A stretch of DNA of 64,000 nt from Gnetum montanum (lineage: Eukaryota > Plantae > Gnetophyta), in the NCBI GenBank assembly GCA_015680685.1, contig MNCI01001941.1, positions 802,834-866,833 on the forward strand, in the 5' to 3' direction. Each line of letters starts with the position of its first letter. Within the stretch, counting starts at the first letter, position 1. A program made the translations under genes and the position numbers. This document shows, piece after piece, positions 50,540-64,000 of this stretch. A model generated the notes under the pieces. It was not told the DNA's origin, did no database searches, and saw only the letters and a program-made list of their open reading frames with translations.

Positions 50540-52760
50540 TATCCCTTATGTAAGTGTTTCCTAATCTTTGAGAGATTAGGAAAGTGTATGATCTATTTTT
50601 GCACATGCTTCTACTCTCCATCACCTTCACTAATGATGTTGAAGGATAGTTCTCCCCATGGCACATTAATGGGTTCATCATTATTTGCATTTGTTTCTTT
50701 CATCTTATCATTCTTTTTGATTTCATGGTCAATAGAAAAGTTTCTTCTTGAAATCCCACTTTAGACCCTTACGCTACATCGATGTTTTTAATAGCTAAGG
50801 GAACCATGCTTTCACCATGGATAACAATTTCACCTCCCATGTGAGATAGTTGAATTTCATGGTGAATAGGTGAAGACACAGCCCACAATTGGGCCAACCA
50901 AGGTCTTCCAAGGATGAGGTTGAATCTTGGTGTCTCTTCCACCACCAAGAAATCTATCATAGTGGGGAATTGTTCCCCTTACATGAAATCTAAAGAAATG
51001 AAAACTTTCACTACAACCAATGATCCATTAAAGGATTTAAGGACTATAATCAAGATACATTGCATTTATTTAGTTAGGCTCATGCATTGAACAATGATAT
51101 AGGGTATGAAATTATTTGCCACTCCATCATATACCTATAATCTATGTCCTTTATATTGGCCAATGCATATTGTTATGAAAAGAGACAACTTGGTTACTTT
51201 GTCATTGTGGGTGTTTGTCTTGATTTTGTTGTCATGAAACACCAGCGATATTAACATTGATTCCTTGGGTGAAGAGGATACCATGACTATATAGATAGAC
51301 TCTTCATTAGTGGGGATGTCCTTACTAACAAGAATAAATATCAACATCTTGACTAGTGCTTCGCAGGGGGTAGCAAATTTCATGACTAGGTCATACAAGC
51401 TCAAAGTTATGTTCTTTTGTTTGAGTGAATGTTTAACCTATTCCATCACATTTAGAAACTCTTTGTTATTGGTTGTTGATTTGTTGTGTCTGACTTCCTC
51501 CTTACATCCCAAAATTCAAACTTCATGTTTGGATTATTATTGTAGCCTAGCCTCTTAATTCTTCTCTTTAGGTTTTCATTCTTCCTATGGTTTACTGGTT
51601 CAATTAGCCTAGATTGTGGAAGGCATGGGAATAGTTGAAATGGGAGTGAGCTTCAATGGACCTACTTTCCTTCCTAAATTTTTCTGCTTATCAACCTTAT
51701 TCTTGGCTTTCTATGCAACCTTCTATGGTCATTTTTTTTTGGGGATTTCTTGCTATCTCTAGTTGGTTGTAAGGAAGAAGACATTGCATGGGCCATCATA
51801 GGGGGTTATTCCATTGTTGGGACAAGTTGTGTTGTAGAGGGTTAGGGCATCCTAATCATAAAGGGTTCTTTGGGGGGCACTAGTGATGGTATCCTTACAA
51901 TGAAGGAGGATCTTTTAGCAAGAGCTAGAGGACCCCTTTCGTTGCAAGGAAGCATCCTAATCATAAATAGTTCCCTTATAGGCCTTTGATCATTGTGGAT
52001 GTCAAATGCTACTATGGTGTATGGGCTATTGTTAGCATTTAGGACGTCCTTGTATATGTGCATTAACTAATTTTGAGGCCTAACAAGGTTGGATGTGTCT
52101 AATACAAACTCACCCCTATCAATCATCCTTTGCAAGTCATCCTTAAGTGTGAGGCAGAAATTAGTATTATGACTTGGCAACTAATGGTAATGGCAAAAGC
52201 AATCTAGCCTAAAATATTTGGGTAGTGGAGGGTCATATTTGGTTGCTCAAGTGGGGTCTTTCACTATTTCACATAACCTATCATGCCTCTTGTGGGCATT
52301 CTCAATCATTTACTTGTATTGGATTCTACCACTCTGCAATAGTTGGTCTAATAGTTCTGATGGCTGAAGCACTAACTTGGTAGTGTTGGATCAGTCTTTC
52401 TGTGCAAAGTTAGGCCTAGAGGTACTTGATGCAAGGGTCCTAAAGGCTGATGGTTGGTTTTCTTTGTTGGTAGCAAAACCCTAGGTTGGTTATTCTTTGG
52501 CCCCTATTTGGTTGGATTAGTCTCCTTGGTCATAGTTTCTATGGTCATATTGTTTTGCCTACCCTTTTCTTTTCTTTGTGCACATGTTGATTTTTGTATG
52601 CCATGTAAGTAGGATTATGGCTAGCTTCAATAGCATCCTCTATGCTCTTAGTCTCAAAAAAGGCTTGACTAAGAGATCATCGGTCAAGATAATATAATTT
52701 TGATTTCATAAAATCATTAATAGTCCCTTTGAAAATAGCTAAAAGATGAGTTTCCTCACT
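50540..52760 (-). pseudogene. gag (C-terminal part) and protease of Tat-type element C
   Basis: FNLILGRPWLAQLWAVSSPIHH; SLYDLV..CEAL; FCHYH..HNTNFCLTLKDDLQRMIDRG. Colinear with B ~32780-35000. Confidence 0.88.
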
Positions 52761-52769
52761 ATTATCCTA

Positions 52770-55565
52770 TTCTCTACCCTAGAATCAATTTACATTCTTC
52801 ATTTGTTATTTTCATTCTTTGGAACAAGCATTACTAAAACTACATAAGGTTATATGAATTCTCTCACAAAGCCATTTACAAGTAACTTCTTTACTTGTCT
52901 TTTTAATTCAGCTTACTAATTCAGTGCCATTTGGTATGCTCTCTTATTTAGAATAGGTGCACCAAAGATGAAGTCAATTTGGTATTGTAAATTTCTCATT
53001 GATGGAAATCCATGTAATTCCCACTTGAAAACATTGGAAAATTACTCCTTCAAGCCTAGAACACCTATTACAAGTTCTACCTGAACAACATCATGGATAG
53101 AAGTAATAGTTGATATAACAAAAAATCAAAACCAATCTCATCATGTTTCTTAATATATTCCCTCTCTCCAAGAATAATTAGGGAAGCATTAAGTGAGCTC
53201 TATTACCTCAATTATTCATCTATGATAGAAATTGACTAATGAATTCCATTAGGTCTAACTCACTTCACAAATTTCTTGATCCATAAAATTAAGCATCATT
53301 ATTAAAATTTCAAGGCCTTCCAAAAACTAAATCAAGACAATCAATTTGTAGTACATCATATTTCATAACATCATGATAAATCCTAATTTTAAATTTTAAA
53401 ACGTGCTACTCTCTCACCTTTTGAGAGAAATATCTTAACAACGAATGGATCTTGTAGGGTCTAGGATAAGGATTTGTTATTAAACCAAATCTAGTAACTT
53501 TCCTAGAAGAAATAACATTTTCTTGGGCTTCTTCATTATTCAAAATATGAATTCATTCCCCACTAAGTAAACATCTAGTCATAACCTAAAATAACAACTT
53601 TCTTGCAAGATGGTCTCCTCTATTCACATTCCCCATAAATGCATAATAATTTAATTTAAAAAATTTCTTAATTTTAGGAGAATTAAGATCTTGGTTGAAT
53701 GTCTTTATTGCTTCCATGATTTATACATCCTTACCTTTGGCTACCTTGTGAAGTAAACATTTCCATTTCTTGCGTCTCCATTCACATTTGAAGCACAAAA
53801 TATTGGATAAGTTGTTACCCTGATCCTTATCTTCCTTGCCTTGCTTCTTCTTGGCTTTTTCCTTCTCATCACCCTTCTCTAGCTTCGTATCATGGATACC
53901 ACTTCTTCAGGTTTACCTTAGCTTGATGGAATAGTTTACAAATCTAAATGTAAAACTCCTTGACATCTTTGTCACCTTACCTTAGGAATCTCAACTTTAT
54001 GATTATCTCTTGCCTCTGCCAAGACTATTCAAATTTTCTTCTCAACCTATACTTCATCAAATTCAAATCTCTGATAGCTTATTCATTTTTTCTTTTGTAG
54101 CTTTGGGACTCCTTTTTCCACCAACTAGAAGCCATACCTTCTAACCCAAATTTAGCAATTAGTATTTTCAATTGAGTCAATACCTCTTCTAACTCAAAAT
54201 TCTTATCAAGTATATTCATCCAACTTGAAAAAGCATTGGCATCATCTACACCATTGAAAGTTTTCAATTTAATATATGAAATTCTAGTAACATTCTTAAA
54301 TGATCTAGTAATCCTTTCTTCATTTTCATGATCAAGCTTACCATGAGAAGTAGATGTTAATGATAAAATTCTTAGAATTTAGACATAAGATTTTGAATTT
54401 CCTTCCACTAGGATCCCAAGCTAATGGGCTTTCACACTTCCATAGCTAGAATGTTCTTCCTACTTATCTATTCTTCCTCCACTAGGATGAGAAACATATT
54501 CATCACCAATCAAATGTGAACGCTCATCATCACCTTTAGTCTAAATCTGGTTGGGTCCTACATTACTATCTATCTTAGCACTAATCTCATCCAGTTGTGT
54601 AACCATCAATGAAAAGGTAAAATTCATGCTATCCATGTCTTTGTTTAGGGGTTTAACGTATTTCTTCTTAGATGCCATCTAAAATTGATAACATTTTGCA
54701 ACCAAATTCCAAATAACAATTAACCTAATGCTCTAATACTAATAACAATAGAGCAAGATCACTTTGTTTTCTTTAACCCTTCAGACACACACCCAATATA
54801 GAATATATGAAGATAATTCAATTTGCTAGAAAATATGAAAAAATAGTAATCTTCAATTAACGTAAAGAAGACTACAAATTAGTGATTTCATAATCCAAAA
54901 CATCATGAATCACTCACACACAATCAACAATATTCTAGATCATGAGGCTTTAGAACCACATAATTATTTTCCTTAATACAAGACGCAACCAAATGAGATC
55001 TCTTCCATGAACATAATACTAAGATCCAAACACCATATAGATAGTGAGCTACAATAGCCAAACATACAATTGATCACAGACATGCATACATTCTCATGCA
55101 ATCTCTTTTAAAAAAAATATCATGTACTCAACTCTCCATCTCATGATTAAAACATGAAATACAAAACAATAATTATTAAATTTAAGATAAAACCCCTAGG
55201 CAATCTTCCTCATGCTTAACTTAAATATTCCCAACTATTTCCATATTTTTTGGCTATTTTGATATCTGGAACTGCCAACTTTGAACTTTCCTTAGTCATA
55301 TGGAACATCTATAAGCTTGGAAAAATATTTTTTTGTAACTTCCAAGACTCAAGAAAGATGTCTTTGATCTATGGGAGACATCTGCTATTGGAGTGAGATA
55401 TCTTCTCTTAGGGTGAGTTGTCTCCCCAAAGACATCTCCTATCTAGGAGAGATATCTTTCTAGAGATGTCTCATGATAGGATGAGATGTCTCCTCATCAA
55501 ACAAGACATCTTCTCCTCTTGATAAGACATCCCCTATCCATTCTCAACTCTTAGCAAATATATCT
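52770..55565 (-). mobile_element. CRM-like Ty3/gypsy remnant F: partial 5' LTR (54743-55565), Met PBS (~54730-54741), gag-PR and start of RT
   Basis: KTFNGVDD..FSSW..GMASSWW; LCFKC; QENVIS..T.PYPRPYKI..YDV..DLVFGRPW; NVF..ELHGFPSMR.LQYQIDFIFGA. Confidence 0.8.
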
Positions 55566-56159
55566 ATAATTGACAACCTATAGGGATTAAAATGAGGCTC
55601 AAAAGAGTTGTTTCTACACCATTGAATCCCATCTTCCAATCTTTTTCCATGAAGCTTTAAGATGGATTTCCTCTATTGCGAATGTGCAACCCTTCCTACA
55701 AGTGTTTCATACATGTCTTAGTTGGAAGGCTTAAATGGATATTTCTAATAATGTTACAGATGCTAAATCATAGTGTGCTATGGGATCATTAATAATTAAG
55801 AGGTTTTATGAGAAAAGGATTCAAGAATTATTATATTTTAGAGTCTTGTTAAATATTTATAAATGACCCTTTTGATTCACTTGTATATCTCATGTAATCT
55901 ATACATTAAGGTCTTATACTTAATATGTTGTTATAATGTTGCATGTACATTGTTAAGTGATGTATTACACTATGATTTTCTCAAGTATGCTGATTAGTTA
56001 TTAAGGTTCATAATTAGTGATTTAAGATTTTACAATGATTTAATTTTGAATTTTTAATTTTTCATATGTAATTTAAGCATTCCACTTAAGTGATTTTATA
56101 AATTTATCTATGGTTAATTTTTGGATATGTCACCAAGTGTCTAAATTTTCTTAGAGTAC

Positions 56160-56751
56160 AATCCATAATTCACTCATGATCAAGTGTTGTGACTTTACCA
56201 CAACTCATGATATAAATCACAACTCATGGTTAATCCAAATTTTCAACTATGATCTATGGTTGCCTCATGGTTGAACATTCAAAATAAGACAAATTCACCA
56301 CAACTTGTGGTGTACTTATAGTCTACCACCATGACTTGTGATCAACTCATGGTATTCAACAATTGAAAAATGGTTACATTAATCATTACCATAAATAATA
56401 GTATACTCATGATCTACCACCATGACTTGTGGTTGACTCATAGAATTCTTAGCAATTAATTCTCTCTATTTCTATTACCACCACAACTCATGTTCTAATA
56501 CCAGACCCATGGTATTATAGACCACAACTTCTGGTCAACTCATAATCAGTCAAAATTCATAATTTTTTAGAATCAAGATCAAATTTTAAATCCTCATATT
56601 CATCTCATTAATTCCATTCATCATTTTAATTGTGTAGACCACAACTTCTGGTCAACTCATAATCAGTCAAAAGTCATAATTTTTTAGAATCAAGATCAAA
56701 TTTTAAATCCTCATCTTCATCTCATTAATTCCATTCATCATTTTAATTGTG
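56160..56751. repeat. CCACAACTCATG-motif repeat block homologous to ~60780-61170, with a 117-bp tandem duplication (56518-56634 / 56635-56751)
   Basis: Direct sequence comparison. Confidence 0.75.
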
Positions 56752-56899
56752 ATTATATCTAGACATAAGAAAATAATACTTTAAATGGAGATTGCTAGAA
56801 AAGAATAAGATAAGAAGTCACATATATGAAGATTGCTAGAAAAGAATAAGATTTAAAATATATCAACAATAAAAAATGAAGAAAGAAAAAATACAAGTA

Positions 56900-59800
56900 G
56901 AAAGGAAAGTATCCACAGTGAAAGAAAACTTGATCAAGATAATAATTCTAATCTAAATATTGTTAATATGATTAATCAAGATACCTAGATTATTGACAAT
57001 AAGTGCTTTAATCATATAACTCCCTATAAAGAATATCTACTCAACTATAAATCATACAAGATTATTAATGTTAAAATTGGTTATGAAACGTTTCTTAACA
57101 TAAAAGATGTGGGAGATTACATTTTTAGACTCACTAATAATCAGATATTAATCATCATTAAAGTATACTATGTTTCACAGTTGACCAACTCATTGATTTC
57201 AATAGGTCAAATGTTATATAAACATATTAAAGTTAGCTTTCAAAGTAAAACATGGATAAAAAAAATCAAATGGTCAATTGATCTACAAAATAAGAGCACT
57301 CAACAATAGAACATACTCTTTGAATTGTGAACACTTTGATTTAAAGGAAAGTCTCATTGATACAATAAAAAATCAACACAATTACATTAAAGACATTGAT
57401 TAGATAAATTCTTCTCAACAAATCAACAATGGAATTAGCATAAAAAAAGTACAAAAGACTAGAATAATTAGTTCCAACATGAAGAGGCAAAAATTTGGCA
57501 TAAAATACCTAGACACAAATTCTATGTAAAGATAGAAAAAATGGAAAAAATGAGAAAAGCTAATGGCATGAAAATCAAAGATATTCCAACAGAAAAATGT
57601 GAAGTTTACATTCAAGGCAAACAAATAAACTCATCTTGCATCAATCCTATGCAAAGATTCAAAGAACCATTAAATCTCATTCACATCAACCTTGTAGTCT
57701 CCATGCTTACTTTTATTAGAGGAGCAAATTATTTCTTTATGATGATAGATGATTGCTCTAGATTCATGTGGACCTACAACCTAAGAAGAAAACATAAAAC
57801 ATTCAATAAGTTTAAAAATTTCTTCATGCTAATGAAAAATAAAAATCTCATTATCAAAAACATTCAAACAAATAGAAGATGATATTTTATTAATAAAATA
57901 TTTAGTAATTTTTATGTTAGAGAAGGTATGTTTCATTAAACCACTTATGGATAAAACCCATAATTAAGTGGCATTATTGAGAGAAGAAATAGAATGCTAA
58001 AAGACATGATGAGATGTCTCCTTAAACATGATAAACTCATAGATGGTTATTGGTTCATGATACTAACTAGGACAACCTATATCACAAATAGGATGCTTAA
58101 TAGTAGCAATAATGATAGAACTACATATGAGTTATGCCATCATATACTTCCTAACATTTTACACATGAGGGCATTTGTATATCACTACTATGTCAAAACA
58201 TCAAAGTAATTTCTAAGAAAGCTAGACAATAAAGAAAAAAATGCATTTGTCTTGAATATGACTCTAATACTAGTGGATACAATTGCTATGATCCTTGTAC
58301 AAGAATATGGGACATATCAAGAAATGTTTTTTTCTTGAAGATAATCTTGGAATTATAGATTTCTTCCAATACAAAGAAAAGATCCAACCCCAAACTAAAC
58401 AAATTCTTAGGACAAAAGAGACCATCTACATGATTAGATGATAGACATAAATTTTAAAGAAGGAAAAAATGATTAAATTTCATAACCAACATCACCTACT
58501 TAACACTTGGCTAAAAAACATCAAATATAGAAGAAGCTTTTAAAAATAGAGAATGAAAGATAACCATAGATGAAGAATATAAAGCCATTATCAAGAATAC
58601 TGCCTAGAAGCTAGTGGAAAAACTACAAGGAAATAAATCCATAGATTGCAAATACCTATACAAAATCAAATTCAATAATAAAGTAGAAATTATCAAAAAA
58701 AAAAAAGTAATACTTGTAGCTAGATGATTCAAATAGAAGAAACACATAAACAACAATGAGATATTTATACCAATTGTAAGGTTTGAACTACTAAACACAT
58801 CCTTTTGGTGGTTGTTTATTATGATCTTAAACTTTACCAAATGGATGTGAACTCAAATTTTCTTAATGGTAACATAAATGAAGAGGTCTATGTCTACCAA
58901 CCTAAAGGTTATGTTATCAAAGGAAGAGAAGATAAAGTATTCCAACTAAAGAAAATCCTTGTATAAATTAAAGCAAGCAACAAGGACATGGTTTCATGGA
59001 ATCAATGACTATTTACTAAAAAGAGAATATTCATCTTACATATTTAAGCATACCTTATACTACAAATATAATAATAAATATTTTATTATTATCTCACTTT
59101 ATGTGGATGCTCTTGTCTTCAGGCCATATACAATTAACTAATACAAGAATTCAAACATGACATCAAGAATGAATTTAAAATAAATTACTTATGAGAATTA
59201 AAATACTTTCTTGGAATACAAGTGGATCAAGATAAGAAGGGAATCAAAGTTCATCAAACCAAATATGTCTCATCCATATTGAAAAAATATAAAATCAATA
59301 GTGAAAAAGCCACAATGTCTCCTTCTCTTCACAATCTAAGGATACAATATAAGGAAAGCACACCCCCTATATATGCAACTTAATATAGAAGCATAATTGG
59401 AGCTCTCAAATTCCTATGTCTAATAGGACCAAATCTTGAATTTACTATCTTCTACCTATCATGATTCATGCAAGAACCAAGGCAAGTCATCTCAAAGATC
59501 TTACACATGTTCTCAGATAGATTAAAGACAAAATAGATCATGCACTAATTTATACCAAAGGAAATAAATAATTTCATGATTATTCATATGTTGATTAGGA
59601 AGGAGATCACAATAATATAAAATCTACATTAGGAGTAATAATATTTCATGAAGACAATGTAATATATTAGAAATAAAAAATCATTAATCATTCTCTTAAC
59701 TTATGAATATGTATTCATAGCTATGGCTAATTACACCTAGGATTTTAATAAACTCATGATACACCTAGGATTTTAATTTTGTCTTCCAATCATACTATTT

Positions 59801-60472
59801 TTTAACAATATTATGATCATGAAATTATCAAATGAACATGTGCTTCGCATAGACATTAAATACTACTTCATCAAGAAAGAAGTAAAGAAAGGAACCATCA
59901 AGCTTGAACATGTATAATTCAATGAGCAATTGTTAGACTTACTAACCAAACCTTTGTTGTATTATAGAAACAAGTACCTTTTTCATGATGCAAGTATCAT
60001 GAAGATCTAAGAATCAAGAAAAAAATATCAAAACAAATTAGGCATTCCATACTAAATGAGGGACTATTAAAGATAGTGTTCCATTCCAAAGTCTCTCGAC
60101 AAGAAAAACAAAGCGATAAAAAGACAAGATTACATACTCTCATTAATTCAAGTAAGAAGACAACTTAAACTCTATATTATATAAATGACTTGAGGAATGG
60201 ATGTACTTATTTTCATTATTTTTTACATTTTATAATTAGGGAATGACTTTTCATTAATCCCAAGTATAGCATTTATCCTTTATCATAAATTTGATGGTCA
60301 TACATTGATGTAACTATCTTTTGTGAAAGAAAAGCCTAATATTAAATTGCCCTTTTGAGTTGTCTCTTAAACTTCCTAATTTCTAATTTCTCTTTTCACA
60401 TTTTCTTCTATCCTATTCAATCCAATCCTCTATAATTTTAGTAGGTTTCTAATCCATATCTACTTCCTAACA
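56900..60472 (+). mobile_element. Decayed Ty1/copia element G: PR-INT-RT-RH, PPT and 3' LTR (60065-60472); 5' end deleted
   Basis: IIDNKCFNHIT; NSLISIGQM; CEVYIQGKQ..PLNLIHINL..YFFMMIDDCSRFMWTY; ERRNRML; QMDV..FLNG.INEEVYVYQPKGY; LYKLKQATRTW; LYVDAL; HIDIKYYFIK; VDLLTKPL. GAGGGAC PPT; LTR ends CCTAACA. Confidence 0.9.
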
Positions 60473-60669
60473 AATATTTTTTTTTATCTCATTTTTGCTC
60501 ATTCAAGATCAACAATAGAAGGTGAAAGTGTTCTCTCTAATTTTTTTAACTCTACTATCATCTAAAGCTATAAATTTTGAGTATCAAGATTTTGAACTAA
60601 AGAACTTCTCAAGGAAAATCTCAGAACATCAATTTTGTTGATTTTTAATTTAAAATATTTAAGATAGAG

Positions 60670-61190
60670 TAGAACTATAGTTTCACCACAACTTATGGTC
60701 AACTTGTGGTATTGTAGGTTTCTTAGACCATAAGCTTATTACAACACATGATATTAAGGTTCCAGATTTTCTCATATCATAACCCATGATTCACTCATGG
60801 TTAACTCATAATGTAAACCATGAATCATAACCAAATCATGGTAGATCCAAAATTATAACTATGATATATGATTACCTCATGGTTAAACATTCAAAGTAAG
60901 ATAAATTTACCACCAGTTGTAGTGTATTCATGGTCTATTACCAAAAATTGTGGTTGACTCATGGTATTCAATAATTCAAAATTCTTACATAGATCATCAT
61001 CATGACTTATGGTTGATTCATGAAACCCTCACAAATTAATACTCTCATTCCCATCACCATCATGACTGATGATTAAGTCATGGGCCACTTGTGGTCATAT
61101 AAAATTCAAAACTTTTCAAAATCAAGGATGAATTTTAAATTCTTATCTTCATCCCATTAATGCCATTTAGCTTTTCACCTTATACTCCAT
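60670..61190. repeat. Second CCACAACTCATG-motif repeat block (probable LTR fragment of an unassigned family)
   Basis: Colinear with 56160-56630. Confidence 0.7.
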
Positions 61191-61949
61191 GTCATCGTGA
61201 AGAAAATATTTACCTTCTATACATTATTTGAAGAAGGAATAAGGTTCAAAAATTCTAAAATCCAAAATCCTTAGTGAATCGAACTAGAAATTTGGTAGAA
61301 TTAAATAGAATTACATCAAAATTAAATAAATTACATGATGAATAATGGCATAAAAAGTAGAAGTATAGATCCAAATAAAATCAAATAAAAATATATATTA
61401 CCTAACCCATTTTTCAAATCTATGATACAAAATTAAATATTCATTAACCGTTATATCCAAAAATATAAAAGATGAACATTGTAATAAATTTTTCTAACTG
61501 ACAAAAATTGTTATAGATAAAAACTCTTAAATCATTGAGATATCCAAAATAGGCTTCAAACCCTAAGTAGAGACAAATTTTAATGATTAGACCCAAGCAA
61601 TATTTAGCAATAAAACCTAGAAAGAAGAGCATTTATGTAGATCTAAAAGGTTGTGTAGGCTTGACTACAGCTTCTCTCCTATTCAACAAGGCCTTCCTCT
61701 CTAGTTCTTTCTCATAGATATCAACAAAGAAATTGAATGATTTATAATAGAATGGTTATTAGGTATTTATACTCATGAGGACATGCTAGGTTATAACTAA
61801 TGGGAAATTTCTAATGGGTAGCTAAAACTCAAAAGAAAATTTAATTATCCTGAAATTTTTAAAATTAAATAACATATAATCTCTAACATGGGTTTATACC
61901 CAACATTGATCTACAAGGGTACCTTTAGGTGCTACCTAATAACTATGTT

Positions 61950-64000
61950 CTTTCTTAAAGCTAGCCAAAGGTTCATGTTTCAAATCCAACAAACTAAGCA
62001 TTGGCCTTTCAAATACTTTTGACTCTACTCTTAGTGGTTTGTTGATCTTGAGGATTTCTAGTAGAGTTTTACAACAATTTTTTTTATTGAGAATGATATA
62101 AAGATGGAAAATACTAATTTCTCTTAGTCTATAGAGATTATGAAGAATTCTTAATTTTTAATTTTTTTTTACCTAATGATTTATATGAAACCCTATCAAA
62201 AAAATATTATTTTATGATACATATTTCTATAGATTATTGGATTTGTTCACCAGAATAAGGGTTTTGCACTAGTGATTTAGGCCATTCATAAATACTATGG
62301 AATTAATGTTTTGCATGCCCTATATTTTTTTGAATTTTTTTTGCTTGTTGAATTGGTAAATTCTAAAATAGTTGAGAAATCATTCGCTCTAAAAGTTTTT
62401 ATGGATCAATGTAATACTTTTATTACTCAGGAATGGAAAGTAGATTTTGATCCATACTTTTTTGTTTATTCTAAAATACTTATTGGATTGAATTAGAAAA
62501 TCTTCCTCTTATTTTTCAAATTTTTAAAGGAGAAATTATTGGTAGAATTGGCACAATCCTAAAGACTATCTCAAAAATATTACTAGATGGTATGCATTAC
62601 ACACATTATTTTGTAGAGATTGATTTATGGGAAAGAAGAAAAAATTAAAACTCAAGATTGGTAATCAATGTTTTTCCCAAAAATTTACATATTCTATCAT
62701 GCAAGGATGTTACAACTATTATTGTCATGAAGGCCATGTTATTAGAATCTATCATATTCTTAATAAAAAAGTTGTTCATGAGTAAAAGAAACAACAATTT
62801 TTAAAAAATGAAAATAATGGTACTTTTCAGTAGGTACAAATAAAATCTTCTTCAAAAAAATTTTAACCTTATACTAATCTTTTTAATTCTAAATATGTTA
62901 GTAAATTCTTGATATCTAAAGAGAATTCCTCTTTAGAAGAAAAGAAGTTTTGAGCAGGAACTAATAATGAAAATACTAATGCGAATAGACTTTATTCAAT
63001 GTAACAAAAAAAGAAGAGGCCTACAACTACTACTTTCAATTTAAAAACCCCAAAGGTATCTAATTAGAATTAGATATCTACTTTCGAAAGGTATCTAAAG
63101 TAGATATTCTTTTTCTAATAAGTCTTGAGCAAAGATTATTGGGGAGTATATTTTAAACCAACATTTATCTTCACATTTTCTTTTTCTATAAGAAGCTAAG
63201 ATTTTAGCTCATGATATTAGTTTTATAGGCTAAAGCATTTTAAAAAATTCCATTGTTTTTTCTACTGCTCATGAAGTTAATAAAGGAGGTATTGGTATTC
63301 TTGTTAATTAAAATTTGATTGAAAAAATTTTGAGTTCTAGTTTTGATAATCTTGGAAAAGTTATTTGGATTATTTATCATAGTGAAAAATGTGACTTTGA
63401 ATTCTGTAATGTTTATACTCCTAATAATTTGAAAGATTGATCAAAGGTTTGGAAATATCTTTTATCTCTATCTAAAGTTCCTTGGATTATTGGAGGTGAT
63501 TTTAACATGCTTGAAAGCCATTTAGATAAACTTGATAGTCTTTCTCCTAATATGTCTTCTCAAGAAAAAAAAGATTAGTGCAATTTCAAAGAAAAATATT
63601 TTCTTTTTTATGTTAGCTCTTTACTCTCATCTCATTCAAATGATAGCCATTATACTTGGTATAATTATCAACAAGAAAATGATAGAATATATTATCAACT
63701 TGATAGATTTTACATCTCTAATGTTTTCTTTTGAATGTCTATAATAAAAGTAGAAGTGCATATAGATGCTACTTTGTCAAATAATTTTCCTATTAGGATT
63801 TTTCTCTTTGTATTAATTCTTCATCCTTTCAAAAGCAAAAAAAAATGTTTCATAAGACCTAGTGAAAAAGATATTTTAAAGTCTTTATGAAATGCAAAAT
63901 AAAAATAAAAAGCTTACTAGTGATATTTGTTGGATTGAATAGTGGCAATGAATTACTTGTAGAGTCAGAAATTATAATAGATGGTTTCAAAAGGAATTTG
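61950..64000 (+). mobile_element. Decayed L1-clade LINE: ORF1 remnant and ORF2 AP endonuclease; runs off the right edge
   Basis: EWKVDFDP..WIELENLPL and a decayed C..C..GH knuckle (ORF1); GGIGILV, FCNVYTPN, PWIIGGDFNM, YTWYN..LDRFY, LSNNFPI (endonuclease). Confidence 0.85.

Noticed and set aside
55571-56120. Possible coding remnant (HLPIFFHEALRW...)
   Set aside because: No recognisable motif; cannot be assigned without a search.
61190-61888. Possible solo LTR (TGT..AACA with minus-strand TATA)
   Set aside because: No TSD, no partner copy, uncertain left boundary.

Overview
AT-rich plant heterochromatin-type DNA made almost entirely of nested, decayed retrotransposons. CG/CHG decay is heavy (many CGA>TGA and CAG>TAG-type stops) and I see no intact host gene. 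A large-genome vascular plant, possibly a gymnosperm, is an inference only. Left to right: a younger Athila-like Ty3/gypsy (1-4244); two copies of a pol-less SIRE-like copia carrying gag plus an env-like ORF; a Tat/Ogre-type element A (LTR plus RT-RH-aRH-INT); a non-coding LTR element D (22355-39716, TSD CTAGT) containing a 13.4-kb Tat-type element B (25309-38739, TSD ATAGG); a 3.6-kb LTR (E); a Tat-type gag remnant C; a CRM-like remnant F; a copia pol with 3' LTR; and an L1 LINE. Three things stand out. (1) B and C carry a homologous ~7-exon spliced gene antisense to gag, apparently inside the protease-RT intron. (2) An intronless CCR4/nocturnin-type deadenylase pseudogene, absent from the ORF track, is split by element D. 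(3) A GACTACGCT motif and a 25-bp palindrome built from it, arrayed at ~190-bp period, are shared by several elements. All translations and alignments were done by eye; boundaries lacking TG..CA ends or TSDs are approximate.
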